DNA of 64,000 bases from Eledone cirrhosa (taxonomy: Eukaryota). Positions 15,023 to 24,000 of this stretch are shown here, piece by piece. The stretch spans positions 5,518,001 to 5,582,000 of the forward strand of contig OZ024764.1 of NCBI GenBank assembly GCA_964016885.1. Reading direction: 5' to 3'. The position numbers and the translations under genes are program-made. The notes beneath the pieces are model-generated. The model was given only the letters and a program-made list of their open reading frames with translations. It was not told the DNA's origin and made no database searches. The stretch's first letter is position 1, and every line of letters starts with the position of its first letter.

Positions 15023-15422
15023 TGTAGTAAGAGTTGTCTCCCCTGCCACGACAATTGAATCGCTGTTCTCTAGACAGGAAGTAGGTGGAGTTGCTTCCCT
15101 TTGGGATTGACCAAACTCCCTAGTGGTCACTTCCGGTCAAGAGAGATAAAAGGAGCGATTAACCGCGAAATCTCTCTCTCGCCTCCTGATTCCCGAAGTG
15201 GTAACATCTTCGACCATAGCTGGATTCTTTCTGGACGACCCTTTCGTTACCAGCACAATCCAGCTCACCAGCCTGACAACTTCACAATGGCATTATTGCC
15301 ATCGGGTAACAACCCTTTACCTTATACACCTTTGACTTCTATGAAGTAAAACTTTATCACACACACCAGTACTCTTTGTCTTTTATATTATGTTGCATGT
15401 GCACCGATATCTATTTCCTAAA
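15023..15422 (+). repeat. 5' LTR (400 bp)
   Basis: Starts TGTAGTAAGAG and ends CTATTTCCTAAA. Direct repeat of 20677-21076 with no difference found by eye. Followed by one nucleotide and then the PBS. Confidence 0.96.
15075..15170 (+). promoter_or_regulatory. Putative U3 promoter: ETS-type motifs (CAGGAAGT 15075-15082, ACTTCCGG 15129-15136) and TATA-like GATAAAA (15145-15151)
   Basis: Motif matches at the expected position within an LTR. Function is inferred only. Confidence 0.4.
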
Positions 15423-15423
15423 G

Positions 15424-15441
15424 TGGTGACCCTGACGTGAT
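15424..15441 (+). other. Primer-binding site, tRNA-Trp
   Basis: TGGTGACCCTGACGTGAT matches the complement of the 3' end of metazoan tRNA-Trp (TGGTGACCCCGACGTGAT) at 17/18; the difference allows a G-U pair. Lies 1 nt after the 5' LTR. Confidence 0.92.
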
Positions 15442-15903
15442 ATTTTTTTTTCAATGGGAAATGGTTATACGGTGTATCTGATATGATATAGGACACAAAC
15501 AAAAAAAAAAAAAAAGAAAAAAGAGAAAAATATAACACCTACAATTATTGACACGCAGACAAACCACAATTCTATAAATGTTTTCACCGTCCTCATTTTC
15601 TCTCCTTTTTCTGCCTTTCGCTTCTCGCAAAAAAATAATTTTTATGAGGATGACAAGATGGAGTCTCTCTTCTTTTTAAATAGTGTTTTGGCGCGAAATA
15701 GTCCGCCATGTTGGATTTTTTTTTGTTGAGTTTTTAGGCCCCCCGAAATTAACGTAGATAACAGCATTCAAGTAATCGCTGGTTCGCACACTGTCCCGGA
15801 TGCATTAGTTTTCCGGTTCAGTGCTCTGACGAAAGATTTTAGTTTCCATTTACTGTTACCTTAGAGACATTTTCCCCATACGGTAGATCACTACGGCATA
15901 CCA

Positions 15904-16698
15904 ATGGCTTCCCACTCTGTTCTGCCAACGTACACGGGCGACGTAAGGTTGTGGTTCTCGCAATTAGAAGCTTTCTTCAGGGCGAACAGAGTCGACGAGG
16001 AACTACAGCATTCTGTGGTCCTCAGTGCCATTCCGCCGGCAATTCTCCCAGCGGTCAAGGACCTCGTGTTGGAGGCAACGGCAGAGTCGTCGTACGCGTC
16101 TCTGAAGGCTGAAATACTCAGCCGGACGGAACAGTCGTCAGAGAGGAGATTTAGGGCTCTGGTCCACCTGGAGCACATAGGGGATGGCACACCATCGAAC
16201 CTCCTTAGGCGGATGAAGGACCTAACGGAGGGGTCTGCAGCGGAAACTGCCCTGCTGAAGCAGTTGTTCTTTTCGCGCCTGCCGACGAACGTACAGGCAA
16301 TTTTGGCCCCCATGAGGGATTCGAGCTCGGTTGAGCAGCTTGCCTCATCGGCGGACAAGATATTCGAGGTGACGAATGCCGGAGACAGTGACCCCCTCGC
16401 CGCTGTTCAACACCCAGCTCGGGCCACACACGGCCATGCGATCTACGCGGCAGCACCAACGGATAGCTTGGCGATCATTGCGATGCAAAGGTCCATTCAG
16501 GAGCTCACCATGGAGCTCCACAAGATGAAGGCCTTGTGTGGTGGCTGTTCGCGCGCCCGCAGTCGCGGGAGATCGCAAAGTTTCAGACGACGGTCCAAAT
16601 CACCTGGTTCAGCCTTATGCTGGTACCACGAGCGGTTCGCGGAGAACGCGAAGCACTGCGTGCAACCTTGCTCCTATCATAAGGCGGGAAACGCTTAA
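15904..16698 (+). CDS. gag: Gag (264 aa) with CHCC nucleocapsid motif
   Basis: N-terminal [16 protein letters not shown] and later [17 protein letters not shown] are typical of this Gag type. An RS-rich stretch ([19 protein letters not shown]) is followed by [18 protein letters not shown] = C-x2-H-x9-C-x3-C. Confidence 0.94.
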   Translation: MASHSVLPTYTGDVRLWFSQLEAFFRANRVDEELQHSVVLSAIPPAILPAVKDLVLEATAESSYASLKAEILSRTEQSSERRFRALVHLEHIGDGTPSNLLRRMKDLTEGSAAETALLKQLFFSRLPTNVQAILAPMRDSSSVEQLASSADKIFEVTNAGDSDPLAAVQHPARATHGHAIYAAAPTDSLAIIAMQRSIQELTMELHKMKALCGGCSRARSRGRSQSFRRRSKSPGSALCWYHERFAENAKHCVQPCSYHKAGNA

Positions 16699-16727
16699 GA
16701 GGTCCTCTGATGGGGACAGATGGCCTC
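16686..16727 (+). promoter_or_regulatory. -1 programmed ribosomal frameshift signal (slippery G GGA AAC plus hairpin)
   Basis: Heptamer G GGA AAC (16686-16692) is in the gag frame. A 6-nt spacer precedes the stem-loop GAGGTC-C-TCTG-[ATGGGGA]-CAGA-T-GGCCTC (16699-16727). Pol is in the -1 frame and is open from the heptamer (GGG AAA CGC TTA AGA GGT CCT CTG ATG). Confidence 0.85.
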
Positions 16728-19700
16728 AACATAAAGCCACCAAACCGCCATTTCTTCATTAAGGACCTAATATCCGGAAGAGGTTTCCTCGTGGATACAG
16801 GAGCCTCCTGTAGTATCTGGCCGGTCCATTGCCTGAAAGATACCCCCATAGAGTCATCTGTCACGCTGCAGGCAGTTAACCACTCGTCTATAAAGACGTA
16901 CGGGCAAATCTCGCTCCCTCTTAAATTCCTAAATCTTCGAAGGGATTTTAAGTGGATTTTTACGGTTGCCGATTTGCCATATCCCATCTTAGGAGCGGAT
17001 TTCCTCCACAACTTCTCTTTAACTGTGGACGTCCGTGGCCAACGCCTGGTGGATAACATCACCGGCTTTTCAATTCATGGCCAGGAAGCCAAGGCCCCAA
17101 TAGTCAGCCCCGTGTTCTTTATTGCTGCCGCTGGTGACGCTTACCATGCGTTACTGGGTTCTTTCCCGGAGCTCACGGATGGAAATTTTCGAGTCACTGA
17201 CCCAACACACTCGACCGAACATTTTGTTTCCACCACCGGTGCCCCAGTGTTTTCGCGCCCACGCCGCTTACCGACGGAAAAATTAAAGGCAGCACGGTCC
17301 GAGTTCGACCATATGCTGCAGCTGGGCATTATTCGCCCATCTACGAGTCCTTGGGCTTCACCGTTACACATGGTGCCCAAGACTTCCGGCGACTGGAGAC
17401 CCACAGGGGATTATAGGAGGTTAAATGCCATGACCGTCCCGGATAGGTATCCCATTCCCCATCTCCACGATTTTGCATCTTCACTGCAGGGGTGTAGGAT
17501 TTTTTCTAAGCTAGATTTAGTGCGAGCCTACCACCAAATTCCGGTCAGGAAGGAGGATATTCCGAAAACTGCAATTACAACCCCTTTCGGATCATTCGAA
17601 TTTTTGACCATGCCTTTCGGACTCAGGAACGCCGCTAGCACTTTTCAGCGGTTCATGGACGAGGTCACGCGTGGTCTGGACTTCGTTTATGCTTACATAG
17701 ACGATATTCTCGTCGCTAGTTCCTCTCCGGAAGAGCATATGCGCCACATGCTTCTCTTGCTTCGGCGACTTCAGGATTACCGCGTTCGCGTGAATCCTGC
17801 AAAGTGTGTTTTCGGTTCCACTTCCCTACATTTTTTAGGCCACCTCATCGACGCCGAAGGTATTAGGCCGCTCCCTGAGCGAGTTCAAGCCATACAGGAG
17901 TTACCGCCGCCTACTACACTTCACCAGTTGCGTCACTTCTTAGGCCTAATCAATTTCTATAGGCGTTTCATTCCTCATTGTGCTAATTGGCTATCTTCCC
18001 TTACTGACATTTTAAAAAAACGTCGTAAGAAGAATGAAGACATTTCCTTGACACAAGGACAGCTTCAGGACTTCCAGTCTGCCAAGACAGCCCTCGCTAG
18101 TTCTTCTTTGCTAGCCCACCCGGTACCAGAGGCCAAGCTTTCGCTTTGTGTTGATGCATCTGATACCGCTGTGGGTGCAGTTTTACAGCAGTCTTACGCT
18201 GAAAGCCAACAACCTTTGGCATTTTTCTCGAGGAAGTTGAAACCAGCAGAAACGCGTTATAGCACGTTTGGGCGGGAATTATTAGCCATATATCTGTCGG
18301 TGAAACATTTCTCTCATATCCTTGAGGGGAGAAATTTTACGGTTTTTACCGACCACAAACCGTTGACCTTCGCTTTGAGGGCCAAAGCCGACAGATATTC
18401 GCCCAGAGAGACAAGGCACCTGGACTACGTTTCACAATTTACAAACGATATCCAGCACATTGCCGGCTCGCACAACATAGTTGCAGACGCATTATCTCGT
18501 TTGCCAATTAGCTCCATCTCGTCATCCCAGGACATCGATTTAGGTCGTTTAGCTGCAGACCAACCTGCACTCCAATCGTTGGACACTCTTTCCACCGAAT
18601 TTGCGACTTGCATTTTCAAATATCTGCCCTTGTCCACCACCGACAGGCAGATCCTTTGTGATGTATCCACTGATGCACCACGACCACTTGTTCCTGAGAC
18701 TCACCGTCGAATTGTGTTCCTGGCTCTGCACAACATTTCTCATCCAGGATCGGCTGCCACAGTTAAACTTATAACAGCCAGATTCTTCTGGCCTAATATG
18801 AGGCGAGACATTGCTGTTTTTTGCCGTTCCTGTATCGCTTGCCAGAAATCGAAGATCCATAAACACATCCGGACTCCACTTGGTACTTTCACCACTCCAG
18901 ATGCCCGGTTTCAACACATCCACATTGACATCGTTGGACCTTGGCCATTCAGCAGTGGATATTCATACTTATTGACGTGTGTCGATCGCTTTTCGAGATG
19001 GCCTGAGGCCATACCTTTACCAGACATGACGGCTGAGACTGTAGCACGTGCCCTGGTATCAGGGTGGATTACCCGCTTTGGGGTACCAACTACACTCACG
19101 ACAGACCGTGGTAGACAATTCGAGTCCCATCTCTTCTCTGAGCTCACAAAAATAATTGGAGCTCAACGGATTCGGACCACAGCCTATCATCCTGCTTCAA
19201 ATGGAATGGTGGAACGATTCCACCGCCAATTAAAGGCCGCTCTTCGCGCCTATCCAGACTCTCAACGTTGGAGCGAGTACCTTCCTATTGTGTTATTAGG
19301 AATTCGGTCATCAATAAAGGAGGACCTTGGGTTCTCCCCGGCCGAATTAATCTACGGTGCTCCTCTAGCGTTGCCTGGGCAAATGCTTGCCCCTGTTGAT
19401 CTTGCTTTCCAAGATCCGCTTTCCTACGTATCCCGTCTGCGTTCTTATTTACAGGACCTGCCGCCGATGGATACGAGGAAGCAAACTGTAAAACATGCGG
19501 TCCCGAGGGACATTGCCTCGTGGACCCATGTGTTCGTAAGGAACGATGCTGTGAGACCACCCCTCACACAACCATACTCTGGACCCTACCGTGTGTTAGC
19601 ACGCACTGACAAACATTTCACAGTAGACGTTAAGGGGTCCAGAGAGACAATTTCGGTGGATAGACTGAAAAGGGCACACAATGACGCTCATACACCCGAG

Positions 19701-19838
19701 CCACAAATACCCCAATCTTTCACCATTGTGCATACACCTGCTCCTTCTGCCCCACCATCACCTACATACAAGACTACGACCCGTTCCGGTCGGAGAGTCC
19801 ACTGGCCCAAAAAGTTCTGCCAAACTATTTTTATATGA
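16710..19838 (+). CDS. pol: Pol polyprotein: aspartic protease, reverse transcriptase, RNase H, integrase (probably made as a Gag-Pol fusion from 16686)
   Basis: Uninterrupted 1042-aa ORF. Protease FLVDTGAS; [25 protein letters not shown]; RNase [35 protein letters not shown]; integrase zinc finger H..HPG..CIAC; DDE core [22 protein letters not shown]; GPY/F module PYSGPYRV. No chromodomain visible. Confidence 0.98.
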   Translation: MGTDGLNIKPPNRHFFIKDLISGRGFLVDTGASCSIWPVHCLKDTPIESSVTLQAVNHSSIKTYGQISLPLKFLNLRRDFKWIFTVADLPYPILGADFLHNFSLTVDVRGQRLVDNITGFSIHGQEAKAPIVSPVFFIAAAGDAYHALLGSFPELTDGNFRVTDPTHSTEHFVSTTGAPVFSRPRRLPTEKLKAARSEFDHMLQLGIIRPSTSPWASPLHMVPKTSGDWRPTGDYRRLNAMTVPDRYPIPHLHDFASSLQGCRIFSKLDLVRAYHQIPVRKEDIPKTAITTPFGSFEFLTMPFGLRNAASTFQRFMDEVTRGLDFVYAYIDDILVASSSPEEHMRHMLLLLRRLQDYRVRVNPAKCVFGSTSLHFLGHLIDAEGIRPLPERVQAIQELPPPTTLHQLRHFLGLINFYRRFIPHCANWLSSLTDILKKRRKKNEDISLTQGQLQDFQSAKTALASSSLLAHPVPEAKLSLCVDASDTAVGAVLQQSYAESQQPLAFFSRKLKPAETRYSTFGRELLAIYLSVKHFSHILEGRNFTVFTDHKPLTFALRAKADRYSPRETRHLDYVSQFTNDIQHIAGSHNIVADALSRLPISSISSSQDIDLGRLAADQPALQSLDTLSTEFATCIFKYLPLSTTDRQILCDVSTDAPRPLVPETHRRIVFLALHNISHPGSAATVKLITARFFWPNMRRDIAVFCRSCIACQKSKIHKHIRTPLGTFTTPDARFQHIHIDIVGPWPFSSGYSYLLTCVDRFSRWPEAIPLPDMTAETVARALVSGWITRFGVPTTLTTDRGRQFESHLFSELTKIIGAQRIRTTAYHPASNGMVERFHRQLKAALRAYPDSQRWSEYLPIVLLGIRSSIKEDLGFSPAELIYGAPLALPGQMLAPVDLAFQDPLSYVSRLRSYLQDLPPMDTRKQTVKHAVPRDIASWTHVFVRNDAVRPPLTQPYSGPYRVLARTDKHFTVDVKGSRETISVDRLKRAHNDAHTPEPQIPQSFTIVHTPAPSAPPSPTYKTTTRSGRRVHWPKKFCQTIFI

Positions 19839-19855
19839 ACTGGCCATTGGAGCCT

Positions 19856-19857
19856 TA

Positions 19858-19888
<31 letters not shown>

Positions 19889-19891
19889 TTT
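19856..19891. repeat. (TA)n microsatellite followed by poly(T) in the element's 3' UTR
   Basis: TATATATA... run followed by a T run, shortly after the pol stop codon. Confidence 0.9.
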
Positions 19892-20242
19892 GTTTTTGCT
19901 GTTCTTATTTATTTGATTTATTGTATTGCAATGTACCTCTCATGACCATTTCACTGGATGTATATATATGTTTTTTCGTTCCCTTTACAATGAACATTTT
20001 AAGCTACATTCTTCTCTTTGCCGGTTTATAAGTTTGCAATGTAAATTTACCGTTGATAACCGCGCATTTAGTAAGAATGCTTATTTCTCTGGTCGCTGGC
20101 CTCTGGACCCTTCCAGATCAACGCATTCTCAACATCGACCATCAACTTCGGCTGCTATTTCTAGCACTTTGCGCAACTCATTTTTTCTAAAAAATTTTTG
20201 TCTACTGTGAGTTTAAACACCGAATACGCTCACTCAGCGAGA

Positions 20243-20379
20243 CAACAGCAGCAGCAACAGCAATACAGCAGCAGCAGCAACAGCAATACAGCAGCAACAA
20301 CAGCAATACAACAACAGCAACAGCAACAGCACTACAGCAGCAACAACAGCAATACAACAGCAGCAACAGCAACAGCAAC
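20243..20379 (+). repeat. Compound (CAG/CAA)n repeat with periodic TA interruptions in the 3' UTR
   Basis: CAACAGCAGCAGCAACAGCAATACAGCAGCAG..., with CAATA or CACTA recurring every 20-26 bp. Confidence 0.9.
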
Positions 20380-20656
20380 CAAAGCCAGAGAATTTATTTT
20401 TGCAGCACTCTTCCTGTGAGAAAATCCATACGGAGGTTGGAAATTCACGATATACCACAGAACAGAGACCACCTGCATTCATTCTCTGGAACACACTTTC
20501 TTTCCTGCTGTCATGTGACTGCACACCTGTGAACTATATTTTGTACATTTGAACTTTTGACTTTTCTTACTTCCATTACTCTGTACCATATTTTTCATGC
20601 CTCTTACATGCTCGCCATCTTACTCCATGCATGCTTCTTTCGATTTTTTATGTTTT

Positions 20657-20676
20657 AAAAATCTGGCGGGGGATAC
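20657..20676 (+). other. Polypurine tract region (plus-strand primer)
   Basis: AAAAATCTGGCGGGGGATAC lies directly before the TGT of the 3' LTR; the G-rich core is imperfect. Confidence 0.7.
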
Positions 20677-21076
20677 TGTAGTAAGAGTTGTCTCCCCTGC
20701 CACGACAATTGAATCGCTGTTCTCTAGACAGGAAGTAGGTGGAGTTGCTTCCCTTTGGGATTGACCAAACTCCCTAGTGGTCACTTCCGGTCAAGAGAGA
20801 TAAAAGGAGCGATTAACCGCGAAATCTCTCTCTCGCCTCCTGATTCCCGAAGTGGTAACATCTTCGACCATAGCTGGATTCTTTCTGGACGACCCTTTCG
20901 TTACCAGCACAATCCAGCTCACCAGCCTGACAACTTCACAATGGCATTATTGCCATCGGGTAACAACCCTTTACCTTATACACCTTTGACTTCTATGAAG
21001 TAAAACTTTATCACACACACCAGTACTCTTTGTCTTTTATATTATGTTGCATGTGCACCGATATCTATTTCCTAAA
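20677..21076 (+). repeat. 3' LTR (400 bp)
   Basis: Direct repeat of 15023-15422 at an offset of 5654. The ORF track also gives identical 82-aa translations in the two copies. Confidence 0.96.
20999..21004 (+). terminator. Putative variant polyadenylation signal AGTAAA in the 3' LTR
   Basis: No AATAAA in the LTR. AGTAAA is followed by CA repeats and a T/GT-rich tract (TCTTTGTCTTTT). Confidence 0.4.
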
Positions 21077-21080
21077 GACC
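21077..21080 (+). repeat. Target-site duplication, right copy (GACC)
   Basis: CCTAAA|GACC TGTTTCTCTC; the satellite resumes in register. Confidence 0.85.
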
Positions 21081-24000
21081 TGTTTCTCTCTAGATATACC
21101 TACTGCTATAGTCTGACATTTAGACCTGTATCTCTCTAGATATACCTACAGCTATAGTCTCACATTTAGACCTATTTCTCTCGAGATATACCTATTGATA
21201 TAGTCTTACATTTAGACCTGTATCTCTCTAGATATACCTACTGCTATAGTCTCACATTTAGACCTGTTTCTCTCTAGATATACCTACTGCTGTAGTCTCA
21301 CATTTAGACCTGTTTCTCTCTAGATGTACCTACTGCTATAGTCTCACATTTAGACCTGTTTCTCTCTAGATATACCTACTGATATAGTCTTACATTTGGA
21401 CCTGTTTCTCTCTAGATATACCTACAACTATAGTCTGACATTTAGACCTATTTCTATCTAGATATACCTACTGATATAGTCTTACATTTAGACCTGTTTC
21501 TCTCTAGATATACCTACTGCAATGGTCTTACATTTAGACCTGTTTCTCTCTAGATATACCTACTGCTATAGTCTCACATTTAGACCTATTTCTCTCTAGA
21601 TATACCTACTGATATAGTCTTACATTTAGACCTGCTTCTCTCTAGATATACCTACTGCAATGGTCTTACATTTAGATCTGTTTCTCTCTAGATATACCTA
21701 CTGCTATAGTCTCACATTTAGACCTGTTTCTCACTACATGTACCTACTGCTATAGTCTCACATTTAGACCTGTTTCTCTCTAGATGTACCTACTGCTATA
21801 GTCTCACATTTAGACCGGTTTCTCTCTAGATATACCTACTGCTGTAGTCTCACAGTTAGACCGGTTTCTCTCTAGATATACCTACTGCTATAGTCTTACA
21901 TTTAGACCTGTTTCTCTCTAGATATACCTACTGTAATGGTCTTACATTTAGACCTGTTTCTCACTAGATATACCTACTGCTATAGTCTCACATTTAGACC
22001 TCTTTCTCTCTAGATATACCTACTGCTGTAGTCTCACATTTCGACCCGTTTCTCTCCAGATATACCTACTGCTATAGTCTCACATTTAGACCCGTTTCTC
22101 TCTAGATATACCTACTGCTATAGTCTTACATTTAGACCTCTTTCTCTCTAGATGTACCTACTGCTATAGTCTTACATTTAGACCTGTTCCTCTCTAGATG
22201 TACCTACTGCTATAGTCTCACATTTAGACCTGTTTCTCTCTAGATATACCTACTGCTATAGTCTCACATTTAGACCCGTTTCTCTCTAGATGTACCTACT
22301 GATATAGTCTCACATTTAGACCTGTTTCTCTCTAGATATACCTACTGCTGTAGTCTCACATTTAGACCTGTTTCTCTCTAGATATACCTACTGCTATAGT
22401 ATTACATTCAGACCTGTTTCTCTCTAGATATACCTACTGATATAGTCTTACATTTAGACCTGTATCTCTCTAGATATACCTACAGCTATAGTCTCACATT
22501 TAGACCTATTTCTCTCGAGATATACCTATTGATATAGTCTTACATTTAGACCTGTATCTCTCTAGATATACCTACTGCTATAGTCTCACATTTAGACCTG
22601 TTTCTCTCTAGATATACCTACTGCTATAGTCTTACATTTAGACCTGTTTCTCTCTAGATGTACCTACTGATATAGTCTCACATTTAGACCTGTTTCTCTC
22701 TAGATGTACCTACTGCTATAGTCTTACATTTAGACCTGTTTCTCTCTAGATGTACCTACTGCTATAGTCTTACATTTAGACCTGGTTCTCTCTAGATGTA
22801 CCTACTGATATAGTCTCACATTTAGACCTATTTCTCTCTAGATATACCTACTGATATAGTCTTACATTTAGACCTGCTTCTCTCTAGATATACCTACTGC
22901 AATGGTCTTACATTTAGACCTGTTTCTCTCTAGATATACCTACTGCTATAGTCTCACATTTAGACCTGTTTCTCTCTAGATGTACCTACTGCTATAGTCT
23001 CACATTTAGACCGGTTTCTCTCTAGATATACCTACTGCTGTAGTCTCACAGTTAGACCTGTTTCTCTCTAGATATACCTACTGCTATAGTCTTACATTTA
23101 GACCTGTTTCTCTCTAGATATACCTACAGCTATAGTCTCACAATTAGACCTGTTTCTCTCTAGATATACCTACTGTAATGGTCTTACATTTAGACACGTT
23201 TCTCTCTAGATGTACCTACTGCTATAGTCTCACATTTAGACCTGTTTCTCTCTAGATATACCTACTGCTGTAGTCTCACATTTAGACCTGTTTCTCTCTA
23301 GATATACCTACTGCTATAGTATTACATTTAGACCCGTTTCTCTCTAGATATACCTACTGCAATGGTCTTACATTTAGACCTGTTTCTCTCTAGATATACC
23401 TACTGATATAGTCTCACATTTAGACCTGTTTCTCTCTAGATATACCTACTGCTGTAGTCTCACATTTAGACCTGTTTCTCTCTAGATGTACCTACTGCTA
23501 TAGTCTTACATTTAGACCTATTTCTCTCTAGATATACCTACTGCTATAGTCTCACTTTAGACCTGTTTCTCTCTAGATATACCTACTGCTATAGTCTCAC
23601 ATTTAGACCTGTTTCTCTCTAGATGTACCTACCGCTATAGTCTCACATTTAGACCTGTTTCTCTCTAGATATACCTACTGCTATAGTCTTACATTTAGAC
23701 CTGTTTCTCTCTAGATATACCTACTGCTGTAGTCTCACATTTAGACCTGTTTCTCTCTAGATATACCTAGTGCTATAGTCTTACATCTAGACCTGTTTCT
23801 CTCTGATATACCTACTGCTGTAGTCTCACATTTAGACCTGTTTCTCTCTAGATGTACCTACTGCTATAGTCTCACATTTAGACCTGTTTCTCTCTAGATA
23901 TACCTACTGATATAGTCTTACATTTAGACCTGTTTCTCTCTAGATATACCTACTGCTGTAGTCTCACATTTAGACCTGTTTCTCTCTAGATATACCTACT

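Larger units (their letters stand above)
15023..21076 (+). mobile_element. Full-length Ty3/Gypsy LTR retrotransposon, CsRn1/Kabuki/Boudicca-like lineage (6,054 bp)
   Basis: Paired 400-bp LTRs, TSD, tRNA-Trp PBS, PPT, gag with C-x2-H-x9-C-x3-C box, and pol in PR-RT-RH-IN order (Gypsy order). A CHCC Gag, Trp primer and 4-bp TSD are hallmarks of the CsRn1 clade. Clade call is from motifs, not from a phylogeny. Confidence 0.96.

Noticed and set aside
15101-15349. 82-aa ORF, duplicated at 20755-21003
   Set aside because: Starts at TTG, lies wholly within the LTR and has no recognisable motif. The duplication simply reflects LTR identity.
15424-15441. tRNA-Trp gene on the minus strand
   Set aside because: Only the 18-nt 3'-end complement including CCA is present, which is a primer-binding site and not a tRNA gene.
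15891-19560. Antisense and alternative-frame ORFs overlapping gag and pol (74-159 aa)
   Set aside because: Expected shadow ORFs of long, moderately GC-rich coding sequence; no recognisable domains.
19680-19838. Chromodomain at the integrase C-terminus (chromovirus-type targeting)
   Set aside because: The tail is short and Pro/Thr-rich, with no chromodomain aromatic-cage pattern.
19681-20210. Hydrophobic 116-aa and 94-aa ORFs after pol as a possible env or third ORF
   Set aside because: The hydrophobicity comes from (TA)n and T-rich sequence (YIYIYI, FFF). Too short for Env, with no signal-peptide, furin-site and TM architecture.
20198-20524. PolyQ-like ORF (+) and poly-C/L/A ORF (-)
   Set aside because: Translations of the CAG/CAA repeat; the + ORF starts at TTG and nothing supports coding function.
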